Positions 1-10,419 of a stretch of 64,000 nt of DNA are shown here, in pieces. Location: NCBI GenBank assembly GCA_963776245.1, contig CAVZLN010000006.1, forward strand, positions 256,001 through 320,000, in the 5' to 3' direction. Within the stretch, counting starts at the first letter, position 1. Every line of letters starts with the position of its first letter. The notes below the pieces were generated by a model. It worked only from the letters and a program-made list of their open reading frames with translations, made no database searches and was not told the origin of the DNA. Source of the stretch: Candidatus Eiseniibacteriota bacterium (lineage in GTDB: Bacteria; Eisenbacteria; RBG-16-71-46). The translations under genes and the position numbers were made by a program.

Positions 1-545
1 GTGAACCCCGCACGCAGCAGATCCGCGGCCTGCTGCTCCCACGCCATGCGCTCCGAGAGCGCGACCGGCGCCAGGATCAGCAGGGGCTCGCCGGGCTCCC
101 AGCCTTCCGCTTCGCGCGCGACAGAACTCGGGCTGTCCACCGCCACGACGCGATCGCAGGCCGCGCAATGCACGGTGCCGAGGCGCGCGAACAGCAGGCG
201 GAGATGGTCGAGGACCTCGGTCGCGGTCCCGACCGTGGAACGTGCGCTGCGCGCCGGCGACGCCTGCTGGATGGCGACCGCCGGCGTGAGCCCGTGGATG
301 CTGTCCACGTCGGGGCGCGCCAGCCGCTCGAGGAACTGCCGGGCGTAGGCCGAGACCGACTCGACGTAGCGGCGCTGTCCCTCGGCGTAGAGCGTGTCGA
401 AGGCCAGCGAGGACTTCCCCGAGCCCGACACGCCCGTGATCACCGTGAGCCGCCCTCGCGGCAGGTCGAGGTCGAGGTCCTTGAGGTTGTGCTGGCGGGC
501 CCCGCGGATGGAGATCGCGTCCGGCGGGAACGGGGTGTCGATCAA
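1..545 (-). CDS. uvrA: Excinuclease ABC subunit A, 5' part (runs off the window start)
   Basis: Own translation of the minus strand from TTG at 545: [53 protein letters not shown], the canonical UvrA N-terminus with Walker A. Not in the ORF track. Confidence 0.95.
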   Translation of the reverse strand, partial: MIDTPFPPDAISIRGARQHNLKDLDLDLPRGRLTVITGVSGSGKSSLAFDTLYAEGQRRYVESVSAYARQFLERLARPDVDSIHGLTPAVAIQQASPARSARSTVGTATEVLDHLRLLFARLGTVHCAACDRVVAVDSPSSVAREAEGWEPGEPLLILAPVALSERMAWEQQAADLLRAGF

Positions 546-788
546 CGATCGCTCGGGCTGGGGTGCGCAGGCGCGGCCGGGAGGGCGCGAATCTATCACA
601 CGGGCGCCGGGCGGGAACGCGTACGGCTCGCCCATCCATGAGCGAGCCGTGCGCAGAAGAACTGAGGATCATCGCCAGCCCTGGCGACCCCCAGCCCTGC
701 ATCGCCGCAGGGCCTACAGGTGCCGGCTGCGGCACTGACGCGGAGCACCCCGGACGTCGCGCGGAGGCGAGCGTCAGGGGTTCAGCAT

Positions 789-823
789 TCGGGGATCGAC
801 GACTCTCGTCGGTCGATCCCCGA
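789..823 (-). terminator. Strong hairpin downstream of the Lys-rich microprotein (putative terminator)
   Basis: TCGGGGATCGAC (789-800) pairs with GTCGATCCCCGA (812-823), plus an inner GAC/GTC pair. It lies 30 nt after the stop at 853. There is no clear U-tract. Confidence 0.55.
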
Positions 824-852
824 GGACGTGCCAGGTCCAGTTTTCGCTGAAG

Positions 853-921
853 TTACTTCTTCTTCTTCGCAGCCTTCTTCTTCGTGGCCTTCTTCTTCGC
901 AGCCTTCTTCTTGGCAGCCAT
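853..921 (-). CDS. 22-aa lysine/alanine-rich microprotein MAAKKKAAKKKATKKKAAKKKK (histone H1/protamine-like, putative nucleic-acid-binding)
   Basis: ATG at 921 and TAA at 853-855. A 12-nt anti-SD complement AAGGAGGTGATC lies at 926-937. All 13 Lys use AAG. A sigma54 promoter lies upstream and a hairpin downstream. Confidence 0.8.
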   Translation of the reverse strand: MAAKKKAAKKKATKKKAAKKKK

Positions 922-1059
922 TGGTGATCACCTCCTTGTCGATTCACTCGTTCGACGGACCATTCGGCCCACCGAAGACATAGTGCGCCGCATCTTCGCG
1001 GCCGGACGGCCTTCTGCGGAGCTCCCGAGTGCCCAGCATGGCCTCAGTCAGTGTATTGA

Positions 1060-1075
1060 TGCAGCCGGCATGCCA
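1060..1075 (-). promoter_or_regulatory. sigma54 (-24/-12) promoter for the Lys-rich microprotein
   Basis: Minus strand TGGCAT-GCCGG-CTGCA matches TGGCAC-N5-TTGCA with exact GG-N10-GC spacing. It sits in AT-richer intergenic DNA next to a sigma54 activator gene. Confidence 0.7.
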
Positions 1076-1197
1076 CGATCGACGGATGAATCACTCGCTG
1101 GACGATAAAATGTTGTGGTTGAACATGATGACCGGCCGATTCCGATGGATCCACCAGGTCCGGAGCGGTGGAGAGCGCTGTGGACAACCGGCATAAC

Positions 1198-1301
1198 TGT
1201 CAAGATTATTGGGCGTTAGCCGGATGATGGTCAGCAATGTCATGCAGTACATGACGTTACTGGATACTGTCCACTTCCTGGCTGGTGTCAAGATACTTGA
1301 C
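1198..1301. promoter_or_regulatory. Candidate enhancer (UAS) sites for a sigma54 activator
   Basis: Palindromes GTCATG-cagta-CATGAC (1239-1255) and GTCAAG-ata-CTTGAC (1287-1301), and TGTCAAGAT repeated at 1198 and 1286. They lie about 125-225 bp upstream of the sigma54 promoter. Confidence 0.45.
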
Positions 1302-2685
1302 GACTGACCTCGTCATCGATCCGCAGCCGCCTCAGCTTCTCGATCAGACCCTGCCGCGAGATGCCGAGCACGCGAGCGGCGCGGCTCTTGTTGCCCGCGA
1401 CCAGTCGCATCACCTCGCTGATGTGCTCGGCCTCGATCTGGGCCAGCGTGGGCATCGCCAGGGCTGTCCGGTGACGCGTCGCGGGGAGCGCCGCCGGCCG
1501 TCGCGCCGCGGCCGAGGATCTCGGAGGACAGGTGGTCGAGCGCGATGGTCTCACCCTCCTCGAGCAGCACCACGCGCTCGACGAGGTTCTTCAGCTCGCG
1601 CACGTTCCCGGGCCAGGCATACGCGAGCATCGCCTGCGCCGCCCCGTCACTGATGGAGGCGAAGCGCTTCTGGAACTTGCGCGAGAACTCCTGCACGAAG
1701 TGCTGCCCGAGCATCAGGATGTCGTCTCCGCGTTCGCGGAGCGCCGGCAGGTGGATGCTCACCACCTTGAGGCGGAAGAACAGGTCGCTGCGGAAGCGGC
1801 CCGACCGCACCTCGAGATCGAGGTCCTTGTTGGTCGCGGCGACGATGCGGATGTCGACGGCGATGTCGAGCGCCCCGCCCACGCGCTTGAAGTTGCGGTG
1901 GTCGATGAAGCGCAGCAGCTTCGCCTGGGTGGGCAACGGCATGTCCGCGACCTCGTCCAGGAACAGGGTGCCGCCGTCGCACAGCTCGACCAGCCCCTTC
2001 TTGGTGTCGGTGGCGTCGGTGAACGCGCCGCGCTCGTGCCCGAACAGCTCGTTCTCGAGCAGGCTCTCGTGGAACGAGGAGCAGTTCACCTCCATCAGCG
2101 GCTGCTGGGCACGGTCGCTGCGGTAGTGGAGGGCACGAGCGACCAGCTCCTTGCCGGTGCCGCTCTCACCGGTGATGAGCACCGAGGTCGCCTGGCTGCG
2201 CACCACCTTCTCGATGAGGTCGCTCACTTCGCGCATCGGGCCGGAGGTGCCGATGATCTCCTCCCCCGTCCAGGCGGCTCCACGCCTGGCGCCGATACAG
2301 GTCGAGCTCGCTCGCCTGGCGGAAGTGCCGGCTCGCGGACTCCACCGCGAGCACGATGTCCTCCATCTCGTACGGTTTGCGCAGGAAGTCGCACGCGCCG
2401 AGCTTCATGGCGTCCACCGCGGACTGGACGTCGCCGTACGCCGTGATGAGCACCACCTGCAGCAGCGGGTCCACTTCGCGGGCGCGCCGCAGCACCGAGA
2501 GTCCGTCGGTGTCGGGCAGGCGCATGTCGAGGATCATGACCTGCGGCCGTCACCTCCCGCACCTTGTCGAGGCCTTCCGCCCCGGTGCTCGCGAGCTCCA
2601 CGGCGTAACCGCGCGCGCGCAGCACCTTGGCCAGGGACTTGCGGATCAGGAGCTCGTCGTCGACCACCAGGACCGAGGTCTTCAT
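1288..2685 (-). CDS. NtrC-family sigma54-dependent response regulator (REC-AAA+-HTH), frameshifted in this assembly
   Basis: [54 protein letters not shown] and HTH GNKSRAARVLGISR, spread over several frames. Confidence 0.92.
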
Positions 2686-2692
2686 CGGGCGC

Positions 2693-3794
2693 TCACTCTT
2701 CGGGCCGCCCCGGCATCTCGGCCGGCACCGGCAGGGAGACGCGCAGCGTGGCGCCGCCGCCGGGGTTGTTCTTGGCGGTGATCACGCCGCCGGCCTCGCG
2801 CACGATCTGCACCGAGATGGACAGCCCGAGCCCGGTGCCCTTCGATCGCGTGGTGAAGAACGGGTCGAAGATCTTGTCCATGAGCTCCTTGGGGATGCCC
2901 ACGCCGAGGTCGGTGAACGACACGTCCACCATCGACCGCCGGGTGCGGTATCGGCGCACGCCGGTGGTCACCCGCAGGGCGCCGCCCTCCGGCATCGCCT
3001 GGACCGCGTTCAGGCACAGGTTCAGGAACACCTGCTGCACCAGGTCGGGGTCCACGAACACGAGCGGGAGGTCGTCGGTCAGCTCTCGCGAGAGCTGGAT
3101 CTCGGCGTCGCCGAGCTGGAGCTCGAGCATCGCGAGCGTGCGGTCGAGCACGGCGTGGAGGTCGGTGGGCTGTGGCTGCGCCGCCGGCGGCCGCGCGAAC
3201 ATGAGCAGCCCGGTGATGATCTGCTCGATGCGGTCCAGCTCCTTGATGACGTCGTCGAGGTCCTCGCGCCGCGGATCGTTGGGCTTGAACTTGGAGCCGA
3301 CGAACTGGACCGTGGTGCGGATGCCGGTGAGCGGATTGCGGATCTCGTGGGCGACGTAGGCCGAGAGCTCGCCGAGCGAGACCAGCCGGTCGATGCGCTT
3401 CTGGAACTCGCCGTCCTCGGTCTCGGAGATGGCCTCGGCGAGCACGACCGAGCCCACCACGTCACCGTCCTCGTCGCGCATCGGCAGCGACTCGGCCTTG
3501 AGCGTCAGCTCGCGCTCGTCGGTCTCGATCCGGAAGTCGCGCGCCTCGCGCGACGCGCCTTTGAGCCAACGCGCGTCGGCGCCCGGGAACAGCCGCGTGC
3601 CCGGGCAGGCCGAGGAACGCCCCCGGCTCAGCGCCGAGCATCTCGTCGAGACGCCGGTTGTAGTAGAGGACACGGCGCTCGCGGTCGAGCGCGACGACCA
3701 CCTGCTCGAGCGTGTCCAGCACCTGGGAGGACAGCGCCGGGGAGCGCGCCGGGGTCTCGGGCTCCCCATGCCGGCTCGGGGTCTCACTGCGCAT
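2693..3794 (-). CDS. PAS-domain sensor histidine kinase (one frameshift near 3600)
   Basis: H-box AHEIRNPLTGI, N-box NLCLNAVQAM, DPFFTT and GTGLGL. ATG at 3794 follows GGAGG. Confidence 0.9.
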
Positions 3795-4081
3795 GGGCGG
3801 TAGGCCTCCACTGAAACGCGACCGATGCGCCAGTGGTATCACAGGCCCGCGGCCCGGGCAATGATCCGTGTGCGTTCCCGCCCGTCCCGGCCGGGCTCGG
3901 GCGCTCGTCCACGGCGCACGCGGCGGGCCGCTCGTCGCGTCGCGCGTGCCGTCCGCCGCGCGTCGTCGGGCGCGCGCGGCGGGCGCTCTCGGGGTTGTCT
4001 CGGGGTGGCCCGGCTGATAGAGTATCCAGCCGCTTTCCGCTCATCCGATCACCGTCCTTCCTCCCTCATCCGGAGTCCCGC

Positions 4082-5903
4082 ATGCTTCGTTTCCTGCGCG
4101 GCGGTGGCAAGCGCACCAAGACCATCTGGTGGTCCGTCGCCATCATCACCATCGTCGGTTTCCTCGCCGGCTTCGTGTTCCTGTTCGGCGCCGGTCTGGA
4201 CACCACGCAGAACGCGCGCGCCACCGGCGCGGTGGCCGTGGTGGACGGTGAGCGCATCTCGAACGTGGACTTCCAGAACGCGCTCGTCCAGCAGCGCGAG
4301 GCGTTACCGGCGCCAGTTCGGTGCGATCCCGCCGAGCGCGACCAGCGGATGCTCGAGACCCAGGCGTGGCGGACGCTCGTCACCGAGCGTCTGGTCACGG
4401 CCAAGGCGCTCCAGTTCGGGCTGCGAGGCGACCGACAAGGACGTCAGCCTGGCGATGAAGACGAACCCGCCGCAGGCGCTCCTGATGATGCCCGACTTCC
4501 AGACCAACGGGCAGTTCGACATCAACAAGTACCGTTCGGCGCTGCAGAACCCGAACATCAACTGGGCTCCTTTCGAGGAGATGGCGCGCAAGCAGATCCC
4601 GATGCGGAAGCTGGAGGAGCGGCTGCTCGCTTCGATCAAGGTCACGGACGCTGAACTGCGCCAGACCTTCCACGATCGCAATGACCGCATCGACGCGACC
4701 GTGGTCGCGCTGCTCCCCGCCGCCGACACCAAGGTGGCCGCGCCCACCGAGGCCGAGCTCCAGGCGGCCTACGACCGCTTCAAAGGGCGTTTCGGCTCGG
4801 GCCTGCGGGTCCAGCTCGAGGTGCTCCAGGTGCCGAAGCGGTATGGAGAGCGGGAACTGCGCGAGGCGCTCGAGCTGGCGAAGAGCCTGACGGAACGGGC
4901 GCGCCGCGGGGAGAAGTTCGAGGATCTCGCCCGGGACTTCAGCGAGGGCCCCAACGCCGACCAGGGCGGCACGCTGCCGCGCCCGGTGACGATGCAGGAG
5001 CTCGGCCCCCAGATGGGCCCCCAGGTCTTCTCGCTCCCGCCCGGCTCCGTGCTCGACCCGGTCGGGGACGCGGGCCGTTTCGTGATCCTCAAGGTGATCG
5101 AGAAGATGCCGCCGGCCGCGAATGGCCAGCCGCAGATGCGCATCGGGCAGATCATCGTCAAAGCCAAGTCCGACGACGCCTCGGTGCGCAAGCAGGTCGA
5201 TGAGCTCAAGAAGCTGCGCGCGCGCGCGGCGGGCTCGAAGAGCCTCGCGCAGGCGGCCACGGCCGGCGGGCTCACGACCTTCAAGACCTCGTACTACGAC
5301 TTCGCCAACCCGCCCAACGAGCTCTACTCGGTCCCCGAGGCCGCCGAGTGGGGCCTCGGCGCGAAGCCGGGCGAAGTGAGTCCGGTGTTCGAGGGGATCG
5401 ACGAGTACGTGGTCGCGCAGGTGTCGGGGCGCCACTCCGGTGGCCCGGCGCCGCGCTCGGAGGTGGCCGAGCCCATCCGCCAGGTCGCCGAGCTGGGCAA
5501 GAAGGTGGATGCGCTCAAGGGCAAGGCCGACGCGCTCGCGCAGGCGGTGGCCGCCGGCCAGCGGCTCGAGGACGCGGCCCGCGCCCAGGGGCTGCAGGCC
5601 GAGCGCATCAGCGGCATGACGCGGTCGACGCCCGACCCGCGTCTCGGCGCCCCGGAGGCGCTCGGCGCGCTGTTCTCCGCCCGGCCGGGCGTGGTGGTGG
5701 GCCCGGTGCGCGCGCTCACCGGCTGGTACTTCGTGCGCCTCGAGAACGTGGCCGCGGCGCCCGACACCGCCTACGAGCGGACCAAGACCACGCTGGCGCG
5801 CGAGATCCTGCAGCGGCGCCAGCAATCGTTCTTCGTGGGCTTCGTGAGCGGTCTCCGCGAGCATTCAGCCGTGAAGGACCTGCGCAACCTCGCGGCGGAC
5901 TGA
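4082..5903 (+). CDS. SurA/PpiD-like periplasmic chaperone with parvulin PPIase domain (frameshifts near 4305 and 4425)
   Basis: N-terminal TM (TIWWSVAIITIVGFLAGFVF), SurA_N-like FQTNGQFDINKY and parvulin motif GEKFEDLARDFSEGPNADQGG. Confidence 0.85.
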
Positions 5904-6032
5904 GCGCGGATCGCGGACACCAGCGAGCATCACGGCGCGGCAGCGCGCCGCACCCCACGACGGCGCGACCCCGGTCGCGCCGTCGGCGTTCGCGGGCGGA
6001 GAGCGCTGCGGAGAGCGCTCACGCCCGCGCGG

Positions 6033-6230
6033 TCACTCGACGGGCTTGTTGTCGGGCGGCTTGGGGGTCTCGTCGCGCTGGATCTCGTCCTTGATCTCGC
6101 GCTGCGCCTTGCGGAATTCCTTCATCGCCTGACCGAGCCCGCGCGCCAGGTTGGGCAGCTGGCTGGGCCCGAAGACCAGCAGCACCAGAACGAGTACGAT
6201 CGCGATCTCGCCGCCACCGAGTCCGAACAT
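6033..6230 (-). CDS. tatA: Twin-arginine translocase TatA/TatE subunit
   Basis: MFGLGGGEIAIVLVLVLLVFGPSQLPNLARGLGQAMKEFRKA, with an SD upstream. Confidence 0.93.
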   Translation of the reverse strand: MFGLGGGEIAIVLVLVLLVFGPSQLPNLARGLGQAMKEFRKAQREIKDEIQRDETPKPPDNKPVE

Positions 6231-6245
6231 CGTGTCCTCCTCTCC

Positions 6246-6674
6246 CTACTGGGGATCCCAGCGGAGCCGGCTGCGGTCGCTGCCGATCACCACCGTCACG
6301 TCCGCCAGATCCGAGTCCCATGCCTGCCGGATCACCGGCGGCCCGCCCAGATAGCGGGCCACGGCACGCGCGGCGACCGGATCGTCGCGCCGCGCGACGA
6401 CGACCGACGCGAACCAGTCCGCGCGATCGGCGTTGCTCACCTCCACCACCTGAAATCCACCCTCGCGCAGGTACGAGGCGATCCGCGAGGCGATCCCGCC
6501 CTCGCCCGAGCCGTTCAGCACCTGCACCCGCGTCTGGCGCGGCGGCGGCCCCGGCGCGCGCGTGCTCGGCGCGGGCCGGAAGCTCGACCACCCCCACGAC
6601 AGCACCAGCGTCCCCACCATCATCGCGAGCGCCCAGAAGGCCACGCGCCCGCCGCGCTCGGCGATCTTACCCAC
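6246..6674 (-). CDS. LytR C-terminal domain membrane protein
   Basis: TM segment, then VQVLNGSGEGGIA and ADVTVVIGSD, the LytR_C signature. Confidence 0.85.
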   Translation of the reverse strand: MGKIAERGGRVAFWALAMMVGTLVLSWGWSSFRPAPSTRAPGPPPRQTRVQVLNGSGEGGIASRIASYLREGGFQVVEVSNADRADWFASVVVARRDDPVAARAVARYLGGPPVIRQAWDSDLADVTVVIGSDRSRLRWDPQ

Positions 6675-7224
6675 GCGTCACGCTCTGCGCCCGACGGCGC
6701 GACCCCGCGCGCGGCGGGGCCTCGAGCGCGCGCAGCGCGGCGCGCAGACGCGTCCACGTGCGCCCCAGCGACTCGGGCAGCACCCGCGTGCCGCCCAGCA
6801 CCGGCATGAAGTTGGTGTCGCCGTCCCAGCGCGGCACCAGGTGCAGGTGCAGGTGCCGGAGCACCCCCGCTCCGGCCACGCGGCCGAGATTCACGCCCAC
6901 GTTGATGCCGTGCGGTGCATACTCCGCCGCCAGCGCGCGCTCCGCAAGGCCGGTGAGATCGAGCAGGTCCGCGCGCTCCGCGGGGGTCAGTTCGTGGAAG
7001 GCGCCGGTGTGGCGCGCCACCGCCACCATCAGGTGGGCCGGATTGTACGGGTAGCGATTGAGCATGAGCAGCGCGTGGGGCCGCCGCGCCAGCACCAGGT
7101 GGGCGCGGTCGCCGCGCGCGCGGCGCACCCGGCAGAACAGACAGCCCCGGGGCTCGTGCGCGCGGTGGATGTACTCCATGCGCCACGGCGACCACAGGCG
7201 CGCGTACGCGTCGGCACCTTTCAT
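6667..7224 (-). CDS. HIT-family hydrolase (Ap4A phosphorylase/FHIT-like)
   Basis: LWSPWRMEYI, CLFC, LNRYPYNPAH and HLHLHLVPRWDGDTNFM. Confidence 0.9.
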   Translation of the reverse strand: MKGADAYARLWSPWRMEYIHRAHEPRGCLFCRVRRARGDRAHLVLARRPHALLMLNRYPYNPAHLMVAVARHTGAFHELTPAERADLLDLTGLAERALAAEYAPHGINVGVNLGRVAGAGVLRHLHLHLVPRWDGDTNFMPVLGGTRVLPESLGRTWTRLRAALRALEAPPRAGSRRRAQSVTRG

Positions 7225-7988
7225 GCCCCGGCCCTCCCTCCGCCCAGTTCGCGGTGCACGCGCTCGGCGTCCTCGAGTTGTTCCACGGTGTTGATGCCGA
7301 GCAGTTCCCGGTACTCCGGGGCGCACACCACCGCGCCCGCGTGACCGGCGCGCTGGAGCAGCTCCACGGTGTCGGTCAGATAGTACTCGCCCTGGGAGTT
7401 GCCCGCCGTCAGCCCCGCCAGCACCTGGGCCAGCGCCGGGTAGTCGAACGCGTAGATGCCCGAGTTCACCTCGTGGATGGCGCGCTGCTCCGGCGTGGCG
7501 TCGCGGTGCTCCACGATCGCGGTGATGCCGTGCTCGCCGGCGCGCAGGATGCGACCGTAGCCGGTCGGATCGGGGAGCCGCATGGAGAGCACGGTGACGG
7601 CGGCGCCGCTCGCGCGGTGCCCCTCGAGCAGCGCGTGGAGGGTCGCGGCGCGCAGCAGCGGCGTGTCCCCGCACACCACCAGCAACGTGCCCTCGAACTC
7701 CTCGAGCGCGGGACCCGCCATCATCACCGCGTGCCCGGTGCCGCGCTGGTCGGCCTGCACCACCCACTCCACTTCGGCGTCGGCGAAGGCGGCTCGGACA
7801 CGGTCGCGCTGGTGCCCGATCACCACCAGCGTGCGTCCCACCCCGAGGTCCTCGAGCGTGTCCAGCACGTGGCCGAGCAGCGGCCGGCCGGCCACCTGGT
7901 GCAGCACCTTGGCCATGTCGCTCTTCATGCGGGTGCCCTGTCCGGCGGCGAGCACGAGCGCGGCGACCTCGGGATGGCGGTGGGTCAT
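7221..7988 (-). CDS. GlmU-like nucleotidyltransferase, uridyltransferase domain only
   Basis: LAAGQGTRMKS, GTGHAV, PTGYGRI, EVNSGIY and NSQGEYYLTD. It ends at 255 aa with no left-handed beta-helix domain. Confidence 0.88.
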   Translation of the reverse strand: MTHRHPEVAALVLAAGQGTRMKSDMAKVLHQVAGRPLLGHVLDTLEDLGVGRTLVVIGHQRDRVRAAFADAEVEWVVQADQRGTGHAVMMAGPALEEFEGTLLVVCGDTPLLRAATLHALLEGHRASGAAVTVLSMRLPDPTGYGRILRAGEHGITAIVEHRDATPEQRAIHEVNSGIYAFDYPALAQVLAGLTAGNSQGEYYLTDTVELLQRAGHAGAVVCAPEYRELLGINTVEQLEDAERVHRELGGGRAGA

Positions 7989-8884
7989 CGGGGCTCCCAT
8001 TCGAGGTTGTCGATCAGCCGCGCCGGCCCCACGCGCGCGGCGACGGCCAGCAGCACGCGGCCCTCCACCCGGCGCACCGGACGCAGGGTGATGGCATCCA
8101 CCACCGCGACGTAGTCCTCGCGCACCAGCGGATACGCGCGCCAGACGCGGCGGATGGCGGTCTTGAGCCGCGCCGCCGAGCGCTCGCCGGCCCGCAGCGC
8201 CCGTTCGGCCGCGCCCAGCCCGCGCACCAGCGCGACCGCCTGGGCACGATGGTCGCCGTCCAGATAGGCGTTCCGGCTCGAACACGCCAGCCCGTCGCGT
8301 TCGCGCACGGTGGCGCCGCGGCGCACCTTCACCGGGAGCAGCAGGTCCCGGCACATCTGCTCGAGCACCCGTGCCTGCTGCGCGTCCTTCTGCCCGAGCC
8401 ACAGGTCGTCCGGCGCCACGGCGTGGAGCAGCTTCAGGACCACCGTGGCCACGCCCTCGAAATGACCGGGCCGCACCGCGCCCTCGAGCACGTCGCCCAG
8501 CCCGGTCACCCGCGTGCGCGTGCGCTCGCCGGCGGGGTACACGTCCGTCTCCCGCGGCGCCCACAGCAGGTCGACACCCTCGCGCGCCAGCAGCGCGCGG
8601 TCGCGCGCCAGGGAGCGCGGGTAGCGGCGGTAGTCCTCGGTCGGCCCGAACTGCAGCGGGTTCACGAAGATGCTCACCACCACGCGGTCGGCCACGGCGC
8701 GCGCGCGCCCCACCAGCGCGAGATGGCCCGCGTGCAGCGCGCCCATGGTGGGCACCAGGGCCACCCGCGACCCGCGCGCGCGCCACGCCGACACCGCCCG
8801 CCGCACGTCCTCGACGCGCCGCACCATCGCCAGGGCGGGTCGCGCCGGAGTGCGCCCGCCGGGGCGCGCCGCCCGCGTCGCCAT
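7985..8884 (-). CDS. panC: Pantoate--beta-alanine ligase
   Basis: VPTMGALHAGH, SIFVNPLQFGP, RPGHFEGV, GQKDAQQ and RLIDN. Confidence 0.96.
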   Translation of the reverse strand: MATRAARPGGRTPARPALAMVRRVEDVRRAVSAWRARGSRVALVPTMGALHAGHLALVGRARAVADRVVVSIFVNPLQFGPTEDYRRYPRSLARDRALLAREGVDLLWAPRETDVYPAGERTRTRVTGLGDVLEGAVRPGHFEGVATVVLKLLHAVAPDDLWLGQKDAQQARVLEQMCRDLLLPVKVRRGATVRERDGLACSSRNAYLDGDHRAQAVALVRGLGAAERALRAGERSAARLKTAIRRVWRAYPLVREDYVAVVDAITLRPVRRVEGRVLLAVAARVGPARLIDNLEWEPR

Positions 8885-9708
8885 CAGTAGGACTCCCGCT
8901 CCGCGGGGAAGCGCCGCTCGCGCACGTCGGCGACGAAGCGGCGGAAGGCGTCGCGCGCGGTGTCCGCCAGTTCGGCGTAGCGCCGCACGAACCTCGGCTG
9001 ATGCCCGAGGTAATAGCCCAGCAGGTCGTGGCTCACCAGCACCTGCCCGTCGCACCCGGGCCCCGCGCCGATGCCGATGGTGGGGATATCGAGGGCGCGC
9101 GTCACGGCCGCGCCGAGCGCCGCGGGGATGCCCTCGAGCACCAGCGCGAAGCAGCCCGCCTCCTCCAGCAGCCGCGCCTCGCGCAGCAGCCGCTCCTGGT
9201 CGGCCTCGGAGCGCGCCTGCACCCGGTACCCGCCGAAGGCGAGCACGCTCTGCGGCGTCAGACCGAGGTGCCCCATCACCGGGATGCCGCTGGCGACGAT
9301 GCGCCCCACCGCGGGGACCACGCGCTCCCCGCCCTCGAGCTTGATCGCGTCGGCGCCTCCTTCCTGCACCATCCGCCCGGCGTTGGCGACCGCCTGTTCG
9401 ACGCTGACCTGGTACGACATGAACGGCATGTCGCCGACCACCAGCGCCGCCGGACGCGCGCGCGTCACGGCCCGGACGTGGTGGAGCATGTCGTCCATGG
9501 TGACCGGCAGCGTGCTGTCGTAGCCCAGCACCACCGTGCCGAGACTGTCGCCCACCAGCAGCACGTCGACCCCCGCTTCGTCGGCGAGTCGCGCGCCCGG
9601 GAAGTCGGACGCCGTGACGACCACGATGGGGCGCTGCTGCCGCTTCAACTCGACCACCGCGGGCGCCGTGATCCTCGCGCGCGCGGCCGGGAGCTCTCCG
9701 CCATTCAT
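8884..9708 (-). CDS. panB: 3-methyl-2-oxobutanoate hydroxymethyltransferase
   Basis: LLVGDSLG, VGDMPFMSY, IKLEGG, GHLGLTPQS and IGIGAGPGCDGQVLV. Confidence 0.96.
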   Translation of the reverse strand: MNGGELPAARARITAPAVVELKRQQRPIVVVTASDFPGARLADEAGVDVLLVGDSLGTVVLGYDSTLPVTMDDMLHHVRAVTRARPAALVVGDMPFMSYQVSVEQAVANAGRMVQEGGADAIKLEGGERVVPAVGRIVASGIPVMGHLGLTPQSVLAFGGYRVQARSEADQERLLREARLLEEAGCFALVLEGIPAALGAAVTRALDIPTIGIGAGPGCDGQVLVSHDLLGYYLGHQPRFVRRYAELADTARDAFRRFVADVRERRFPAERESY

Positions 9709-10355
9709 CCGCTGCCTCCCCCTTCGATCGGCGTGTAGTACACCGTGCCCGTCCCGTGCGAGAGGATGCGCTTGAGCAGGTCCTCGAAGTCGTCCGGGTT
9801 GTTCACGAAGTCGATGGCGTTGGTGTTCACCACCAGCAGCGGGGCATCGGTGTAGTGGAAGAAGAAGTGGTTGTACGCCTCCACCAGCTGCTCGATGTAG
9901 CCGCGCTCCATGTCCTTCTCGAACGGGCGCGCGCGCCGCGAGATGCGCTCCATCAGCGTCTCGGCGGTGGCCTGCAGGTAGATCACGACGTCGGGCTTCA
10001 CCACCTCCAGCTCGAGCCAGCCCACCAGCCGCTCGTAGAGCGCGAGCTCGCGCTCCGACAGGTTCAGACGCGCGAAGATGCGATCCTTGGCGAACAGGTA
10101 GTCCGCCACCAGGCGGTCGCTGAACAGCTCGGTCTGACGCAGATTGCGCTGCTGCTGGTAGCGGCTGAACAGGAAGTGCATCTGCGTCTGGAACGCGAAT
10201 CGCGCCCGGTCCTTGTAGAAGTCCTTGAGGAACGGGTTCTCCTCCACCTCCTCGAGCACCAGCTTGGCCTGCAGCCGCTCGGTGAGCAGGCGCGCGAGGC
10301 TCGTCTTGCCCACGCCGATGACGCCCTCGACGCCGATGTAGCGATTCTCGGTCAT
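9705..10355 (-). CDS. Deoxynucleoside kinase family protein
   Basis: IGVEGVIGVGKTSL, ENPFL and KDRIFA, in the typical folK-dNK-panB context. Confidence 0.9.
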   Translation of the reverse strand: MTENRYIGVEGVIGVGKTSLARLLTERLQAKLVLEEVEENPFLKDFYKDRARFAFQTQMHFLFSRYQQQRNLRQTELFSDRLVADYLFAKDRIFARLNLSERELALYERLVGWLELEVVKPDVVIYLQATAETLMERISRRARPFEKDMERGYIEQLVEAYNHFFFHYTDAPLLVVNTNAIDFVNNPDDFEDLLKRILSHGTGTVYYTPIEGGGSG

Positions 10356-10419
10356 GACGGACGGCGGCGCGCGGGCGCGCAGGCGCCGCGCGGGGCGCGG
10401 CCGGCGAAGGCTGCGAGCG

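Noticed and set aside
926..937. 16S rRNA 3'-end fragment (GATCACCTCCTT)
   Set aside because: The flanks do not resemble 16S. It is better explained as the Shine-Dalgarno of the minus-strand microprotein.
2291..2955. Other GCCGATA hits (2291 plus strand, 2949 minus strand)
   Set aside because: Both lie inside coding sequence and lack a matching -35 element.
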